Below, piece after piece: positions 62,605 to 64,000 of a stretch of DNA of 64,000 nucleotides (within the stretch, counting starts at the first letter, position 1; every line of letters starts with the position of its first letter). The stretch is from Lama guanicoe. Its lineage: Eukaryota. Below the pieces are notes generated by a model that was given only the letters and a program-made list of their open reading frames with translations, was not told the DNA's origin and ran no database searches. Both the position numbers and the translations under genes were made by a program. The stretch spans positions 1,950,943 to 2,014,942 of the forward strand of contig MU053216.1 in NCBI GenBank assembly GCA_013239625.1, in the 5' to 3' direction.

Positions 62605-62846
62605 TTTTTTTTTATTCTTCTTTTTTTTGTTGACGTGCAGTCGATTCACAGTGTTAATTTCCAGTGGACAGCACAGTGACTCAGGTGTGCGCATACGCAC
62701 ACATACACATAGACGTGTGTTTCCAGATGCTTTCCCATCACAGCTCACTACAAGGAATTGAATCTAGTCCCCTGTGCGCGACAGTAGTGCCTTGTTGTCT
62801 ATGTATTTGTACATAGTGTGTGTCTGTTAATCCCAAACTCCTAATC
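62605..62846 (-). mobile_element. L1 3' tail
   Basis: T-run followed by an L1 3' end ending gtgtgtctgttaatcccaaactcctaat. Confidence 0.75.
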
Positions 62847-62944
62847 TAGCAAATCTAAGCTGATTACTTTTTTTAAACCCTTCTTTTCTTTTTTTTAAGT
62901 TAGGTCGTGTATTTGGAATGTTTTTTCTTCTTTTTTCTTTTTCT

Positions 62945-63035
62945 TTTTTTCTTAAAAAAATTATTTTTACATCAAGGTGCTGGGAGGTTGAACCCCGCAC
63001 ACACTCTACCACTTGAACTACCCCACCCCCTCCCC
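62945..63035 (-). mobile_element. Degenerate tRNA-Ala-derived SINE
   Basis: aggtgctgggaggttgaaccc...cacactctaccacttgaacta. Confidence 0.6.
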
Positions 63036-64000
63036 AAAGCCGGTTACTTTTATACCTTGACAAAACCATATTAAATTAAGATTTTTTACTCCATGCTCTC
63101 TTCAGAGAGCGTGTGACTGAGAGCCAGTCTGAGGAAGCCCGGCCCCTCCCTTCCTGCCCGGGGGCTGCTGCCCAGCTGGGGGCCCACCTTTCTGCTCTGA
63201 GTGCCGGCTCAGGCCGCTTCCTAAACGAGGTGCATCCAAAGCAGCAGACAGCCAGCTGGTGAACAGAAGCCACAGACCTGACCCAGCCTTCAGTCCGACA
63301 TCATCTGCTCTGAAGCGAACCTCTTAAATCTCTTCTTCCCATTAGTGGGTTGTTTTCAACCATATTCCCAAGGAGATGAATTTGGCTCTTTATTTTTCCG
63401 GGTTTCTCCGGGCTTCTATGGCTTTAACTGCTGGCTTAATTTTCTGAAGTACGTCTGCAGGGAAGCCAGGCAGAGCACATTAACGGAGCCCGCAGGCCAC
63501 GGCTACGGCCTCTGGGCAGAGCAGCCTGGCCCCGCAGCGCCGCGTTCCTAGGACCATTTTCGTTACTGCTGTAATTAGTTCCGCCCCAAGCGGGCCGCAG
63601 GGAATGAGGTTTGTGGAGAGCGTGGGCCGACGCAGGTGAGCGGCGGGCGGGCGGACGGCAGGCAGAGCCTGAAGGAGACACGGGGAGTGTTTCTTCAGGC
63701 TTCAGTTTGGAGCATTTCTGGTTTCTATATGGACATTAAACTTGGGCAGGCTGAAGCGCCGTTGCTCTAAGAGAGGGTGATGTGCACACATCCCCATGAC
63801 TTCTACAAAATTCGCCGAAGCTGGACGTGGCAGCCTAGGGGACGAACAGCTTAGAGTGACACCTGTGTCCCAGGATGCCTGTGATCTCGGGCTCACAAAG
63901 AGGAAAAGAACACGCATATTTTGCCTGTGTAGTTCCAGGTAAAATTATGTTGACCCTTGCCGGATGGTGCACGACCATAGATCGTGTAGTCTTTCTTACA

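Noticed and set aside
6153..62690. Apparent enrichment of AP-1 sites (TGA[C/G]TCA)
   Set aside because: About 11 seen versus about 8 expected by chance in 64 kb.
1..64000. CRISPR array, rRNA, operon or other prokaryote-type system
   Set aside because: The sequence is mammalian and repeat-rich; no regularly spaced repeat-spacer array or dense coding structure.

Overview
Mammalian, essentially non-coding genomic DNA, most likely from a camelid (camel, llama or alpaca). That is inferred from about 17 copies of a tRNA-Ala(AGC)-derived SINE resembling the camelid vic-1 family, plus a recurrent young L1 3' end. I find no intact protein-coding gene, CRISPR array or prokaryote-type system. The window opens in a CpG island (1-1360) and has a second ETS-motif-rich CpG-island promoter (6200-6800) with a candidate downstream 110-nt exon (11569-11678); I cannot name the host gene or lncRNA. 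The rest is interspersed repeats (L1, L2, MIR, MLT1 LTRs, Charlie/Tigger fossils). First highlight: a minus-strand retrocopy of ATP23 (XRCC6BP1) at ~42899-43870, inserted into an L1 fragment with target-site duplications. It consists of 5'UTR + exon 1 + 170 nt of intron-like sequence joined directly to the last exon, so it lacks the internal HEXXH-coding exons and appears to record an unusual ATP23 isoform. Second highlight: many short patches where recognisable repeats carry almost only A/T-to-G/C substitutions (14 of 14 changes in one 40-nt L1 stretch), the signature of GC-biased gene conversion hotspots. Three perfect PBX-MEIS/PREP decamers and a GATA cluster suggest enhancers. Repeat family names come from visual recognition and their boundaries are approximate.
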